Origin: a virus
Length of the DNA stretch: 64,000 nt
IMG/VR virus record: IMGVR_UViG_3300031949_000025
Location: 3,503 to 67,502 of that record
Strand: one strand, 5' to 3'
The stretch's first letter is position 1. Every line of letters starts with the position of its first letter. The notes under the pieces were generated by a model. It saw nothing but the letters and a program-made list of their open reading frames with translations. It did not search any database and had not been told where the DNA came from. This document shows, in pieces, positions 18,738-27,802 of this stretch. A program made the translations under genes and the position numbers.

Positions 18738-18986
18738 CTAACCTCCGGCTCTGCGCCGCCTCCGCTCCATATCAACAACCATGCGGGCCACGCCAAGCTC
18801 GCCCTCTTCGGCCACCAGCCGGTCAAAGTCCGCAGGGGTCATCTCTTTGTATTGCTGCATCTGGTCTTTGTTGGACATCTCTTCATAATCGGGGGGCAAG
18901 GGAAACCGCTCCAACAACGCCTCAATGATGCGGTCATTCATGTCCATAGCGTATTCTTCGGCTGCCTGATAGGGGTGCTTATCCAA
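18738..18986 (-). CDS. hypothetical small acidic protein
   Basis: 82-aa ORF overlapping the portal stop by 8 nt. Confidence 0.55.
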   Translation of the reverse strand: MDKHPYQAAEEYAMDMNDRIIEALLERFPLPPDYEEMSNKDQMQQYKEMTPADFDRLVAEEGELGVARMVVDMERRRRRAGG

Positions 18987-20784
18987 GGGGCACCTGTGGC
19001 ACCGGCCCCTGTAACATCTGCGCCGTCTGCGCCGGACTGCCGGGGACTTGTCCTTCCATCTGAGGCGGGATGTTCATTCCGCTAGGAGTCTGTTCCAAAG
19101 TCTTCTGCATATCAGCCATCGTCTTCTCCAACTCCCCGGGCTCACCCTCTGTCCACCTCTTCGCAATGCGTACCTTCCAGGCGGCGGCGGCGACTTGAGC
19201 CCGCGCTTCCACCATTGGGGCGGAGGCGATAATATCCTCACCTCCCCGCCTTACCTGCTGCTCCTGGAAGTCCTCTATCTTAGCGCGGCGGGCATATTCT
19301 TCTTTGGAGATAACCCCATCCTGATAGAGAAGGCGAGCGTTGTTGATTTCCAACGCCTCTTGCTGGGGGTTGGTTGGAGTGATAGTAACCCTGTTGGCAT
19401 ACCAACCGTCAATGTCGGCAGCGGAGAGGGTGTAGGAATCCACCTGGAGTTTATACCCACCATCGACGCCGGCTTGTCGATACCGTTGCGCCTGGACAGA
19501 ACGCTTCTTGTCTTTGCCGCCCGACATCTCCAGAAGCCGAAGGCGCTGTTCATTGGAAACTTCAACCGCAGCAGCGAGAGCGTCCATCGGGTTCTGAATA
19601 ATCAACCGAGCCGATCCAAGGACATTGACAAACTCGGTGGCCGTGGTCTGCCTTGGCGCAGATTGCCCACCCAAGACAGCGGGAGTTGTCACGGAGTCAA
19701 TCTCTCCAGAAAGAGAGTTGCTGTAGGCTACCAATTCCCCAATCTTGTCAGGAGGCATGACAAAGGCAGGCTTTTCGTCCCCTGGTTCCATCTCTTTCCA
19801 TTCATTGGGTAAAGGAGTGGTCATTCCTTTGGGCAGATGCCCAAAAGGCCAAGTCAATGCCCGTCTCTGGTGGGCTATCTCGGTGGTAGTGTAGTCTCGC
19901 TCGTCAATGTAAGATTGAATGTAGCGTATTAACCCCACCGCTAGGTTTTGTGGCCCATCGTCCTCTTCGCCAGTAAGTTCAGTGAGGGAACCAAGGCCGG
20001 AGAAAGCGGGAACGTAGGGGATAAAACCATATCCGTGTTTGCGAGCATCTATATACTCGTCGGCAGCGTAGTAAGTAACCCACTCGTCAGTCCAGCACTC
20101 CCGCCAGACAATCTCGTTATCTTTATTCCTCAAACCATCAGGAATATTAAGTCTCAGTGACTCAAGTTCCCGCACAATATCCCCAGCGTAGCGTTTCCGT
20201 TCCTCGAATATCATGTCCCCACCGGGGTCGTCGAAAACCGCCAGGGGGTCAACGGAAAACATGGGGTAAGGGAACAGATGAGCGGACACCCACTTAGAAT
20301 GACGAACCTTAAATGCCCCTTCTGACTCCCCATCATTCTTGACAGGCTCGTAAGCAGATATGTCCTCAATCGTCTTGAGATAGACCATACCACGAAGGAA
20401 TTGCAGGGTGACTGCCTTGAGCAAGGGTGGCTGTTGCCGGTGACGGTGGGCTCGACGGCCGTCCTCTTCGTGAGCGCCATAAAGCCAACCCTCGGCGGCA
20501 TCAGCCATTTCAAGGGACTTCTGTGGAGTTCCCCTACTCCCAGGACGCGGTATCCCCTCAATCTTTAAGGCGGAGAGGGGGACGTTTTGCTGGGCACGAG
20601 TGATGATGGCGTGAGCGATAGGAAGAGTTACTTGGCGAAGGTCGGGAATATTTTTGGGAAGGGTTAAGTCTCTGGCATTTCGGAAGTACTTATCCTCAGT
20701 CTTCATGTAAGTGTGGGTTGTGTTCCAATAAGTGCGGGCGCGGGCAAGAGTTTTGGTAATGGTAGCTTTATCGGGTGCGGGCAT
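18979..20784 (-). CDS. portal protein (by position and size)
   Basis: 601-aa ORF directly downstream of and overlapping the large terminase gene. Confidence 0.75.
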   Translation of the reverse strand: MPAPDKATITKTLARARTYWNTTHTYMKTEDKYFRNARDLTLPKNIPDLRQVTLPIAHAIITRAQQNVPLSALKIEGIPRPGSRGTPQKSLEMADAAEGWLYGAHEEDGRRAHRHRQQPPLLKAVTLQFLRGMVYLKTIEDISAYEPVKNDGESEGAFKVRHSKWVSAHLFPYPMFSVDPLAVFDDPGGDMIFEERKRYAGDIVRELESLRLNIPDGLRNKDNEIVWRECWTDEWVTYYAADEYIDARKHGYGFIPYVPAFSGLGSLTELTGEEDDGPQNLAVGLIRYIQSYIDERDYTTTEIAHQRRALTWPFGHLPKGMTTPLPNEWKEMEPGDEKPAFVMPPDKIGELVAYSNSLSGEIDSVTTPAVLGGQSAPRQTTATEFVNVLGSARLIIQNPMDALAAAVEVSNEQRLRLLEMSGGKDKKRSVQAQRYRQAGVDGGYKLQVDSYTLSAADIDGWYANRVTITPTNPQQEALEINNARLLYQDGVISKEEYARRAKIEDFQEQQVRRGGEDIIASAPMVEARAQVAAAAWKVRIAKRWTEGEPGELEKTMADMQKTLEQTPSGMNIPPQMEGQVPGSPAQTAQMLQGPVPQVPLG

Positions 20785-22225
20785 TGGTGACTCCCGTGTA
20801 TGGATTTAAGGTCTTTCTGGCAAGGCGCTTGGTGTAACCAAACTTATTGACCAGGCCATAGATTGTGGCCTTGGCCGCATGATTGTTTTTGTCTTCTGGT
20901 TTATCGCTCACAACGTTCCCGTGACTGTCCGTCTTGTAACGCCAAACTCCAATCTCGGGGTAGGGGTTCTTTCCCAAGCCGGCCTCGGCAATAAAGCCTC
21001 TCTGCTTTGGCGAGAACGTGATCTTAGGCAAGCCCGTGAAGGGGTCGGGGCGCAAGAATGTCCGCAAGCGGTCAAGTCCATCCTCGGTATCTACCCTGGC
21101 CGCTGCTAAACGTACTCCAGTCTCTTTTTCCCATATCTCTATCGGAGCAGCCATCGCTTGGTGTTGCTTAGCGGCCACGTCGATAGCCCCACCACCATTC
21201 TCTATGAACTGCTTCCACCAAGGGTATTTGGAACATTTGTAAATAACCTCGTCTGTCGTCAATCCTTGAACATAAACCTCATCGAGTCCTCGCACAATGT
21301 CCGTGGCCCTCTCTATCTGAAACACTTCCACAGCGTAGGCCGAAGGGTGATAGCCGGGGTCAATCCACAAATAGACTGGCAAGTGTTCATCGAACTGCCA
21401 GTCGAAGATATGAAGCGACTCCTTGACCTCTTTAAGGACTCGGCCAGTGGGCGGCGTCGGGATGGCCCCGAATCGTTCCATGAAGCGGTCTGCGGGATAG
21501 GATTGTTCCAGAGCAAGGATTTCAGGGTCATATCTGCCACCTGGGAAAATGGCAAGGTTGCTCCAAGTGGGAATACTGAATGATTGCCCCCCGTCAAGGT
21601 TTTCGTGCTGCCACTCCATCCATTTTTCTGGATACCACCCGAGCGATCCCTCAAAGGTTCCGCAGGCCCAAAGCCAACCCCGTTTTTCTGCCAACCGGCC
21701 CCGAAGCCTTAGAAAGGATTCATAAGAGTGCTGGGCGGCCTCACACATGACAATGCCATGCGGCGCTACGGACCCCAGGCGCTCGGGGTCATTGGCTGAC
21801 TTGGTAACTATCTCCCCACCGAGTAGTTTGAGCCGACATGGGCCTTGCTGGGGCATTGAGATACCACCAGGAAGAACAAGACCCAACTTTGTGGCCCATT
21901 CGACACAATAGATAAACTCAGCCCTAGCCTGTTCGTAGTCTGGCCCCACTAGCCAGTAAAGAATCGACTGATTGTAGTACAGAAGGTCAGCGAAATACCT
22001 GGCCCCGACCTCCGCCCCAGCCGAACGGCTCTTGCCACCACGCTCACCACCAACAACTATCTTGAATCGCGCTGGTGAATCATGGGCCGCAGCCTGTTCT
22101 ATGCTGGGGGTATAATCAATCCCCTTCCACGCTTCCCTCCGCATCCTTGGTGTTATGGATGCGAGAGAGGACATCGAAGAGGCGGTCGCTAATGTCATGT
22201 TCCGTCCCGTCTTTGGGCTTAGCAA
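20768..22225 (-). CDS. terL: terminase large subunit
   Basis: Walker A-like VVGGERGGKS, IVMCEAA, and nuclease-half motifs LWIDPGY and DKNNHAAKATIYG. The true start may be an internal Met (e.g. 22144). Confidence 0.9.
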   Translation of the reverse strand: MLSPKTGRNMTLATASSMSSLASITPRMRREAWKGIDYTPSIEQAAAHDSPARFKIVVGGERGGKSRSAGAEVGARYFADLLYYNQSILYWLVGPDYEQARAEFIYCVEWATKLGLVLPGGISMPQQGPCRLKLLGGEIVTKSANDPERLGSVAPHGIVMCEAAQHSYESFLRLRGRLAEKRGWLWACGTFEGSLGWYPEKWMEWQHENLDGGQSFSIPTWSNLAIFPGGRYDPEILALEQSYPADRFMERFGAIPTPPTGRVLKEVKESLHIFDWQFDEHLPVYLWIDPGYHPSAYAVEVFQIERATDIVRGLDEVYVQGLTTDEVIYKCSKYPWWKQFIENGGGAIDVAAKQHQAMAAPIEIWEKETGVRLAAARVDTEDGLDRLRTFLRPDPFTGLPKITFSPKQRGFIAEAGLGKNPYPEIGVWRYKTDSHGNVVSDKPEDKNNHAAKATIYGLVNKFGYTKRLARKTLNPYTGVTNARTR

Positions 22226-22454
22226 AGCCCCACGTGGCGATATTTTCAGATGCCTTCATACGGTGATCCATTTTGTGCTCTTCGGAGCGCATGACCAAAA
22301 GCCAGAAGTCAAGAAGCTCTTGCCCGTTGCTGGTATGCTGTCGAGCCAAGAACTCCAAATTGCCCTTGGGCCGGCCTGGGGGGTGGAGATTACCTGTGTT
22401 GCCCTTAACCCATCGCCCTTTGTCGTCTCGAACGGGCTTATAGTCCTCTTCCAT
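22116..22454 (-). CDS. terS: terminase small subunit-like protein
   Basis: 112 aa with KGNTGNLHPPGRPKGN, a motif common in small terminases. Immediately upstream of terL. Confidence 0.6.
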   Translation of the reverse strand: MEEDYKPVRDDKGRWVKGNTGNLHPPGRPKGNLEFLARQHTSNGQELLDFWLLVMRSEEHKMDHRMKASENIATWGFAKPKDGTEHDISDRLFDVLSRIHNTKDAEGSVEGD

Positions 22455-22662
22455 CTAACATCTCCTGTAACCGCTTCTGCCGGAGCACCTGATTGAACTG
22501 GCTCCAATAGAGACAGTTGTGGTAATCATTGTCCGGCTCGTTCTGGTCGCATGAAATAGAACAAGACACCGGGTTGCACACAGCCCAGCGAAAAACCATC
22601 TCCCTTTCGTCCTTGCCAAACTGCCGTAGGCACGTCTGGACTTTGGGCCAGTCGATTTGCAA
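22438..22662 (-). CDS. hypothetical Cys-rich protein (start uncertain)
   Basis: The track ORF runs to 22719, but its first codons lie inside a terminator hairpin. TTG 22662 follows GGAGG. Confidence 0.4.
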   Translation of the reverse strand: MQIDWPKVQTCLRQFGKDEREMVFRWAVCNPVSCSISCDQNEPDNDYHNCLYWSQFNQVLRQKRLQEMLDGRGL

Positions 22663-22681
22663 GAAACCTCCACAATAGAAA

Positions 22682-22709
22682 GAGGCCACGGAAACGTTTC
22701 CGTGGCCTC
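22682..22709 (-). terminator. intrinsic terminator between the late promoter and the terminase genes
   Basis: Perfect 28-bp palindrome GAGGCCACGGAAAC/GTTTCCGTGGCCTC, followed on the minus strand by TTTCTATT. Confidence 0.65.
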
Positions 22710-22806
22710 GCTTTGCCACTTGGGGCCTCTGATAATCAAGAACCCTGGATTACAGGTGAGGCCCCATTAGGGGTAACTGCTGCAAGAGTCAGTTCCCTCT
22801 ATATTT

Positions 22807-22836
22807 AGTATACCGCCTTAGTCAACTATGTGTCAA
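22807..22836 (-). promoter_or_regulatory. sigma70-type promoter (candidate late promoter)
   Basis: Minus strand reads TTGACA (22836-22831), 18 nt, TATACT (22812-22807). The -35 overlaps the stop codon of the upstream gene. Confidence 0.6.
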
Positions 22837-23147
22837 GGGTAAATCGACGGGTTGCCTTCCAGTAAAACTGCGTTGCGTATCATCTCCCACTTATGGGAGG
22901 GTTGATTGCCCTGCTGTTCGTATAGTTTTCTGTAGTAAGGAAGGCGTTCTTGTATCGTGAGTTCGGCCCAACAAGTTTTGCACAATGGAAAACAACTGCG
23001 ACTAGGCGTATATTCAGTGAAATGTTGATTCTTGCTCACACGCCAAGAAATGTGGCAGCGATAGCAAGAGCCAAAACTTGAAAACATAAACTCGGTAACT
23101 CTGCCAATAGCAATACGAAGTAGCAAGGGGAGCCTAGTCATCATCAC
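22833..23147 (-). CDS. Cys-rich zinc-finger-like protein (possible late-gene regulator, speculative)
   Basis: 104 aa with CYRCH...CFPLCKTCW. Last early gene, ending inside the late promoter. Confidence 0.6.
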   Translation of the reverse strand: MMMTRLPLLLRIAIGRVTEFMFSSFGSCYRCHISWRVSKNQHFTEYTPSRSCFPLCKTCWAELTIQERLPYYRKLYEQQGNQPSHKWEMIRNAVLLEGNPSIYP

Positions 23148-23350
23148 AACCCCCTCCTGTAACTCGGCAACCCCTGCGCCTCTTTTGCACAGTTGAAACA
23201 GTAGACCAGTTTAGGTTTGATCCGCATGTTCTGAGGTGGGCTGTCGCCATCCGGGGGTTCGTCGAGGCCGTAACCCTCCCACACGTTGACCACGCCCATC
23301 GGGGCGTAGGCGTTTTGGGTCTCATCGCCACAGTTGGAGCAGGTATACAT
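23144..23350 (-). CDS. zinc-ribbon protein
   Basis: 68 aa with CSNCG...CFNCA. ATGA-type overlaps with its neighbours. Confidence 0.6.
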   Translation of the reverse strand: MYTCSNCGDETQNAYAPMGVVNVWEGYGLDEPPDGDSPPQNMRIKPKLVYCFNCAKEAQGLPSYRRGL

Positions 23351-23682
23351 TAGTCACCCCCAACTGTCATGCGCAAAACGCCATCAACGCCACGGGCGAA
23401 CTCCAGGACGCTCCCCTGAATCGGATTAGGCATATTAGCGCCACTAAAGCGGCATCCGTAAAACGATGGCAAGTCGTTTTCTTCCGTGTCTATGTCGCCG
23501 CAGACAGGACAGGAATAGAAAGACCTACCATCGGCGTCACGTTTGAACCAGTAGTGGCCCATGATGTTGTAAGAGTTATGGGCCACCCACCGGAAGATAA
23601 CGTGTCCCTGGGGACAAAGAACGTCATGTTGCGGGTTTACTTCACTCATTACTCTTCCACTGCCTTTAGGATGGCAGACCAT
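23350..23682 (-). CDS. hypothetical protein with Cys/His cluster
   Basis: 110 aa with LCPQGH...YSCPVCGD. Confidence 0.6.
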   Translation of the reverse strand: MVCHPKGSGRVMSEVNPQHDVLCPQGHVIFRWVAHNSYNIMGHYWFKRDADGRSFYSCPVCGDIDTEENDLPSFYGCRFSGANMPNPIQGSVLEFARGVDGVLRMTVGGD

Positions 23683-23918
23683 TTTTCCTTTCGTCTTTCA
23701 ATCTCTGCAATGAGCCCAGGATCATCAGGACTCAACCCAACAAGTGATGTCCAAGCTGGAATTGTGCTTTGAGACAAGTTTAAGTTGCCAACAACATACA
23801 CAGTCATAGCGGCATCAAAGGCGGCTTGTAGCTCCACCTGATCGTCTATCCCATCACAAATAAAGTCTGCACTCCTCTTGACGTGACGGGGTGCATCGCA
23901 TCCTGCTATCAGTATCAT
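23649..23918 (-). CDS. hypothetical protein
   Basis: Start moved to ATG 23918, an ATGA overlap with the upstream stop. The longer track ORF begins with low-complexity Q/G sequence. Confidence 0.5.
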   Translation of the reverse strand: MILIAGCDAPRHVKRSADFICDGIDDQVELQAAFDAAMTVYVVGNLNLSQSTIPAWTSLVGLSPDDPGLIAEIERRKEKWSAILKAVEE

Positions 23919-24115
23919 TCTGTCAACGTGTCCCAGGTGATAAGCTCGCCATGCTGAACAACAGTTGGCTCCTTGCTGGCCTTGCCCTTGTTGGCATGAA
24001 GCACCAAGTCGAACTTGCTGTTTGGGTCCACGGCCTTGTTGAACCAAGAAAGGAACTTGGGACTAAGCATTGAATTAACCAGGGCTCGGATAACCTGCGG
24101 AATGTCTTGTGGCAT
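23915..24115 (-). CDS. hypothetical protein
   Basis: TAATG overlap with the upstream gene at 24115, and the stop overlaps the next start. Confidence 0.5.
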   Translation of the reverse strand: MPQDIPQVIRALVNSMLSPKFLSWFNKAVDPNSKFDLVLHANKGKASKEPTVVQHGELITWDTLTE

Positions 24116-24393
24116 TACCCCCAAACAACCCCCGTTCCGCCACACGAGCGGCAGGGCTCGAAAGAAGTGTCTTTTGCGCCGTAAACGGCCGTCGTCGCAG
24201 TATAGAACCCGTTGGCAACCATCCCATTTCCACCACAGACTGGACAGGAGTAGGGCCGGCGTGAAGTATTATATCCCTGCATGAAGGCTTGTTGCATGAG
24301 GTTCGGGGTGCAAGTGCAGGTTTGTAGGTCGCCAAGCAGCCCGATTTTGGGTAAGCCGCAGGATTCGCAGATGGGAAGCTCATTAAAGCTCAT
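24115..24393 (-). CDS. DnaJ-type zinc-finger protein
   Basis: 92 aa with CESCG, CPVCGGNG and CRSCGGTG (CxxCxGxG repeats). Confidence 0.7.
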   Translation of the reverse strand: MSFNELPICESCGLPKIGLLGDLQTCTCTPNLMQQAFMQGYNTSRRPYSCPVCGGNGMVANGFYTATTAVYGAKDTSFEPCRSCGGTGVVWG

Positions 24394-24671
24394 ACAAACC
24401 CCAGTCTGCGCTTGAAATCTGAAAGTGCGAACTCTTGTCGGTAGCCGTCGATGGTTATAGCAATATCCATGCCATCCTGATTGAAGGCAAAAGTTGTGTT
24501 TGGCTTAAAACTTGAGTCGTGGACAGTCATAACCTCCATTTCAACTTTGTCTGGACACTGGCACCAATGCCCTATGTAGGTTTTGGGTATGATAGGGTCT
24601 CCCTTCTTAGGTTGATTGCAGATGTCACAGACAAAAAGGGCACTATCGAAGTATCGATGCGTTCCCGTCAT
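24390..24671 (-). CDS. hypothetical protein
   Basis: 93 aa with CDIC...HWCQC. Its stop and the next gene's start overlap by 4 nt. Confidence 0.6.
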   Translation of the reverse strand: MTGTHRYFDSALFVCDICNQPKKGDPIIPKTYIGHWCQCPDKVEMEVMTVHDSSFKPNTTFAFNQDGMDIAITIDGYRQEFALSDFKRRLGFV

Positions 24672-24672
24672 T

Positions 24673-24858
24673 CTACCACCATCCCCAAAACCGACCGACG
24701 AATAACACTATGCCAGTCACGGTCAGAAGTTCCAATAGATAAAGAGTAGCCGTGTAGGGTTTGCGTTCTCTGCCTATGAGAAATGGGTCAATTATGATAT
24801 GCCCAATTGCCAAAACCATGAGGTATCCCACGAAGAAGGGTAGCGCAATCTCCATCAA
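24673..24858 (-). CDS. small membrane protein
   Basis: 61 aa with two hydrophobic segments. Confidence 0.5.
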   Translation of the reverse strand: MMEIALPFFVGYLMVLAIGHIIIDPFLIGRERKPYTATLYLLELLTVTGIVLFVGRFWGWW

Positions 24859-25196
24859 TCCGTGAACCCCTTACTCGGCGCTATCAGCCCCGTCCACCAC
24901 TTGACCACCTCGGGGTTGTCCCGCCAGAAAGAAACCAAACCCCGGCCAATGTTGGTTACGCAGTCCTCGACAGTGTGTTGGTCGGGGAGATTGCTTGCGA
25001 AAAGGATAGCGTGCTGGACTTCATGGATGAAGATGGAGGCCAGATACGCCCTCGGCGCTTGTCCATTAAGCCAGAGAAATTGGTATTCCATATTGACGTA
25101 ACCCTGGTGCCCATTGGATTCCGCCTCGGCATTGTCGCCCCACCTCACCTCGAAGTCAAAGGGGCCAATGCGGACCGAAGTAAAAGGTTTATACAT
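24855..25196 (-). CDS. small HExxH zinc-metallopeptidase-like protein
   Basis: 113 aa with IFIHEVQHAILF. Confidence 0.65.
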   Translation of the reverse strand: MYKPFTSVRIGPFDFEVRWGDNAEAESNGHQGYVNMEYQFLWLNGQAPRAYLASIFIHEVQHAILFASNLPDQHTVEDCVTNIGRGLVSFWRDNPEVVKWWTGLIAPSKGFTD

Positions 25197-25330
25197 AGTT
25201 CAACCCTAGTGCAAAACTAAGCGGCCCCAGTTGGCACTCTAATGATATACAAGGCCGATACCAACGAATAGTGCAACCAACCCCCCACCTTCGCCACTCC
25301 AAGTCAACCACCCCGTAAAAATTACCTAAC

Positions 25331-25393
25331 CTAACCAAAGAACACCTCAAAGTCGAATGGCCCAATGCGGACCGAGGTAAAAGGTTTATACAT
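25331..25393 (-). pseudogene. truncated duplicate of the 5' end of gene 24855..25196
   Basis: Encodes MYKPFTSVRIGPFDFEV then FFG-stop. The 51-nt repeat 25344-25394 matches 25147-25197 with 5 mismatches. Confidence 0.6.
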
Positions 25394-25589
25394 AAAACTC
25401 CTTCTCATGCCCAATCTCGAACCAGAAAGGCCCGATATAGAGCCGAAGTGACTTCCACGAACGAGTCCACAAAACTACGGGGCCAAGCCCCCAACGAACA
25501 AGGTCAACATCAAAGTCCGCATATATGTCCCGTGGGGGATTGGGTAGAACTCGGACTAAAATGCTAACGGCACGCTTGAAACTAAACAA
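25386..25589 (-). CDS. hypothetical protein
   Basis: 67 aa with a TTG start 7 nt after GGAGG. The C-terminus IGPFWFEI echoes the duplicated IGPFDFEV motif. Confidence 0.45.
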   Translation of the reverse strand: MFSFKRAVSILVRVLPNPPRDIYADFDVDLVRWGLGPVVLWTRSWKSLRLYIGPFWFEIGHEKEFYV

Positions 25590-25661
25590 GAGGTTCCTCC
25601 TTTATCTTAACCAATAACCAATAATGACGCCGATGCCAATCCGAATGATACGCCAGACCAT

Positions 25662-26162
25662 CTAAACTATCCCGTATTTAGTATCAAACTCCGCCTGATG
25701 TTCTACAGGTGGTAGTTCGACCAGGTTGACCCGATATTGCCGGGCTACCTTGATGGCTACTCGTTCGTTCTCCTGGCACTCGCGGCATTTATCCATGCAT
25801 CTGGAAAAGCGAAGGTCGATGATCTTGGCAAACTGCGCCCGAATGACCCCATCTTCGTGTTCCACAATGTCGCCCCAGACCAACAATTGAGACGCCAGCA
25901 CAACCGCCGGTATAGGACGGTAAACATTGTCGGTGGCCGTCCTCATCATCATGCTTGACAGCAACCCGGTCAGTTGGGCCTTCTGACGCAGGGCCGGAGC
26001 GAGGCTCGTCCAGGCGTGAAGGCCGATGCTCCAACTATCATGTGGTGAACCGTGCGCCTCCGCCACAGACGAAGCCCAGGCATCAGGGTATCTCTGGTAT
26101 AGAGACATGGGCCGCAACATAGGCGGGTTGTCGGTGGCCCGGAAGAGGCGGTAGGCGATCAT
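25662..26162 (-). CDS. hypothetical protein
   Basis: 166-aa ORF overlapping the downstream gene by 4 nt. Confidence 0.7.
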   Translation of the reverse strand: MIAYRLFRATDNPPMLRPMSLYQRYPDAWASSVAEAHGSPHDSWSIGLHAWTSLAPALRQKAQLTGLLSSMMMRTATDNVYRPIPAVVLASQLLVWGDIVEHEDGVIRAQFAKIIDLRFSRCMDKCRECQENERVAIKVARQYRVNLVELPPVEHQAEFDTKYGIV

Positions 26163-26473
26163 ATGCTCTGCCTGTAGGTAAAGAAGTCGTAAAGTGTTTC
26201 CACTTTGCCAAGCCCCTCCGACCTGTCAACCACAAGACGAATCAATACCGTAGCCCATGCTTTCGGAAGATGACCCGCCTCATAACCTGTGAGCCAGAAG
26301 ATGAATCTCTCATAGTCTTCACCGACGACACGTTCGCAGTTAAGCCGTATCAATCCCTCCTGTCGCTTACTAGCTGGGCCTAAATGTTGACCCACCGAAC
26401 CACGGAGGCGATAAGCCAAGTCCCTGGCTTTATCCCGACCTTGTTTGTCCATTGAGTCAAGGTGCACTGTCAC
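26159..26473 (-). CDS. hypothetical protein
   Basis: 104 aa with a GTG start in a GTGA overlap. Confidence 0.6.
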   Translation of the reverse strand: MTVHLDSMDKQGRDKARDLAYRLRGSVGQHLGPASKRQEGLIRLNCERVVGEDYERFIFWLTGYEAGHLPKAWATVLIRLVVDRSEGLGKVETLYDFFTYRQSI

Positions 26474-26546
26474 TGCCGGAGCACCATGTTGGTGACTAGT
26501 GAAACGACGGCTGACACCACAACTATTACTAGGAATTGTTCCAGCG

Positions 26547-26702
26547 TCATGTCTCTATCCTTTCCAGTGGAATGTAGTCAGCAAAGATAACGTGCATACC
26601 CTGCTTGCACCAGCGCCCGTCTTCCCAGTAGGGAAGTTCATGGCGTGGCTGGATAGAGACTTCAGGGGCGGCTGGTTTTCCGCAAATGTCACAGATTATC
26701 AT
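26547..26702 (-). CDS. small zinc-binding-like protein (51 aa)
   Basis: Below the track cutoff. ATGA overlaps at both ends. Begins MIICDICGKPA. Confidence 0.4.
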   Translation of the reverse strand: MIICDICGKPAAPEVSIQPRHELPYWEDGRWCKQGMHVIFADYIPLERIET

Positions 26703-26914
26703 CCTGGCTTGCAGTCCTCGTCCATGCGGGGGTCGTACGGGTGGCGTTCATTTCCAGTGACACGTGGGCCGATGAGCGGATTGGGATGCCTCGGCAACCA
26801 CCAGGGGCGCTCATCAGGAATTGGCTCCGGCGGTTTGTGGCGGTGGCAACCACACGACTTCACGTCCGGCGCATAGACCATTCCGCAGAGGGGACATTGC
26901 CAGCCTCGCATCAT
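26699..26914 (-). CDS. zinc-ribbon protein
   Basis: 71 aa with CPLCG...CGCH. Confidence 0.55.
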   Translation of the reverse strand: MMRGWQCPLCGMVYAPDVKSCGCHRHKPPEPIPDERPWWLPRHPNPLIGPRVTGNERHPYDPRMDEDCKPG

Positions 26915-27001
26915 ACCTTCACCGGCACCCTATCCGGCTCTCTGTCCGGCATCGGAAGGAGCACCGGCTTGGGTTCTGTCCAGGTCTTCTTGATCGGGGC
27001 G

Positions 27002-27454
27002 CTAGTTCCGTTTCTTATCATCTACCACCTTCTTGCCAAGATTCTCCAGGTATTGGCTGGCCGTGGCACACGTAACCCACCAACCGCCATTCTCAGGCAG
27101 TTGGCTAATACAATGCACGTCGTAAGCTCCATCCTTTTCTCGCTCAATGTACCCAATCTGTCCGCCAACCCTGAACCGCACCAGGTCGCCTAGCTCGAAG
27201 GTGGGGCCTTTGGAAAACGCCACCTTTGGCCGAAAAGACACTTCCTCATGTTGACACCGCTTGCAAAAGCGACGGCGCTGGTAAAAGGTGCTAGACTCTT
27301 CCCATTTCCACGCTCCAAAGTCAGACCAGTCGTGGTCACACGAGGATTCTTTAATGACGCCAAAGAGGTTTGCGACTAGCGCCCTAGAGGGCAACCCCTC
27401 ATTAATTCGCGCAAGCGCCTCGACTATCAGCCGTATCGCCTTCTCGGTGTCCAT
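27002..27454 (-). CDS. hypothetical protein
   Basis: 150 aa with CDH...CKRCQHE. Confidence 0.65.
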   Translation of the reverse strand: MDTEKAIRLIVEALARINEGLPSRALVANLFGVIKESSCDHDWSDFGAWKWEESSTFYQRRRFCKRCQHEEVSFRPKVAFSKGPTFELGDLVRFRVGGQIGYIEREKDGAYDVHCISQLPENGGWWVTCATASQYLENLGKKVVDDKKRN

Positions 27455-27763
27455 CTAGGTTACCTTCCCGGTTGCGAACTCCAGATACGTAAACAACCTA
27501 TCCCTGACCGCCATTGCGTCTTTCAGGTGAGACGCCACAGATGGGTCTATTGGCAGCTTATTCATAGCGGCTTGGGCAAACGCCTGAAGCATGTGCTCTG
27601 GCATGACTAACGACGGAACACATGGCAACGTATCTATTGGATCGAGCGGGTGCAGTGTCCAGTTTCCATCAGTCAGTACATACTGGTGGGTATTTGAGTC
27701 GTTAGTGATGACTACCTGGTAGCTTTGGAATGCAAAGTCTTGTTTAAGATAGACATTAGACAC
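27455..27763 (-). CDS. hypothetical protein
   Basis: 102 aa with a GTG start preceded by GGAGG. Confidence 0.6.
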   Translation of the reverse strand: MSNVYLKQDFAFQSYQVVITNDSNTHQYVLTDGNWTLHPLDPIDTLPCVPSLVMPEHMLQAFAQAAMNKLPIDPSVASHLKDAMAVRDRLFTYLEFATGKVT

Positions 27764-27802
27764 CTAGTTTACCTCCAATAGTCGCCGCAGCGGGGCACGG
27801 CC

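Noticed and set aside
22455-22739. 94-aa ORF in an alternative frame upstream of terS
   Set aside because: It overlaps the more protein-like frame 22438..22719 and spans the terminator palindrome. Its composition (Arg/Ser/Thr/Cys-rich) looks like a shadow frame.
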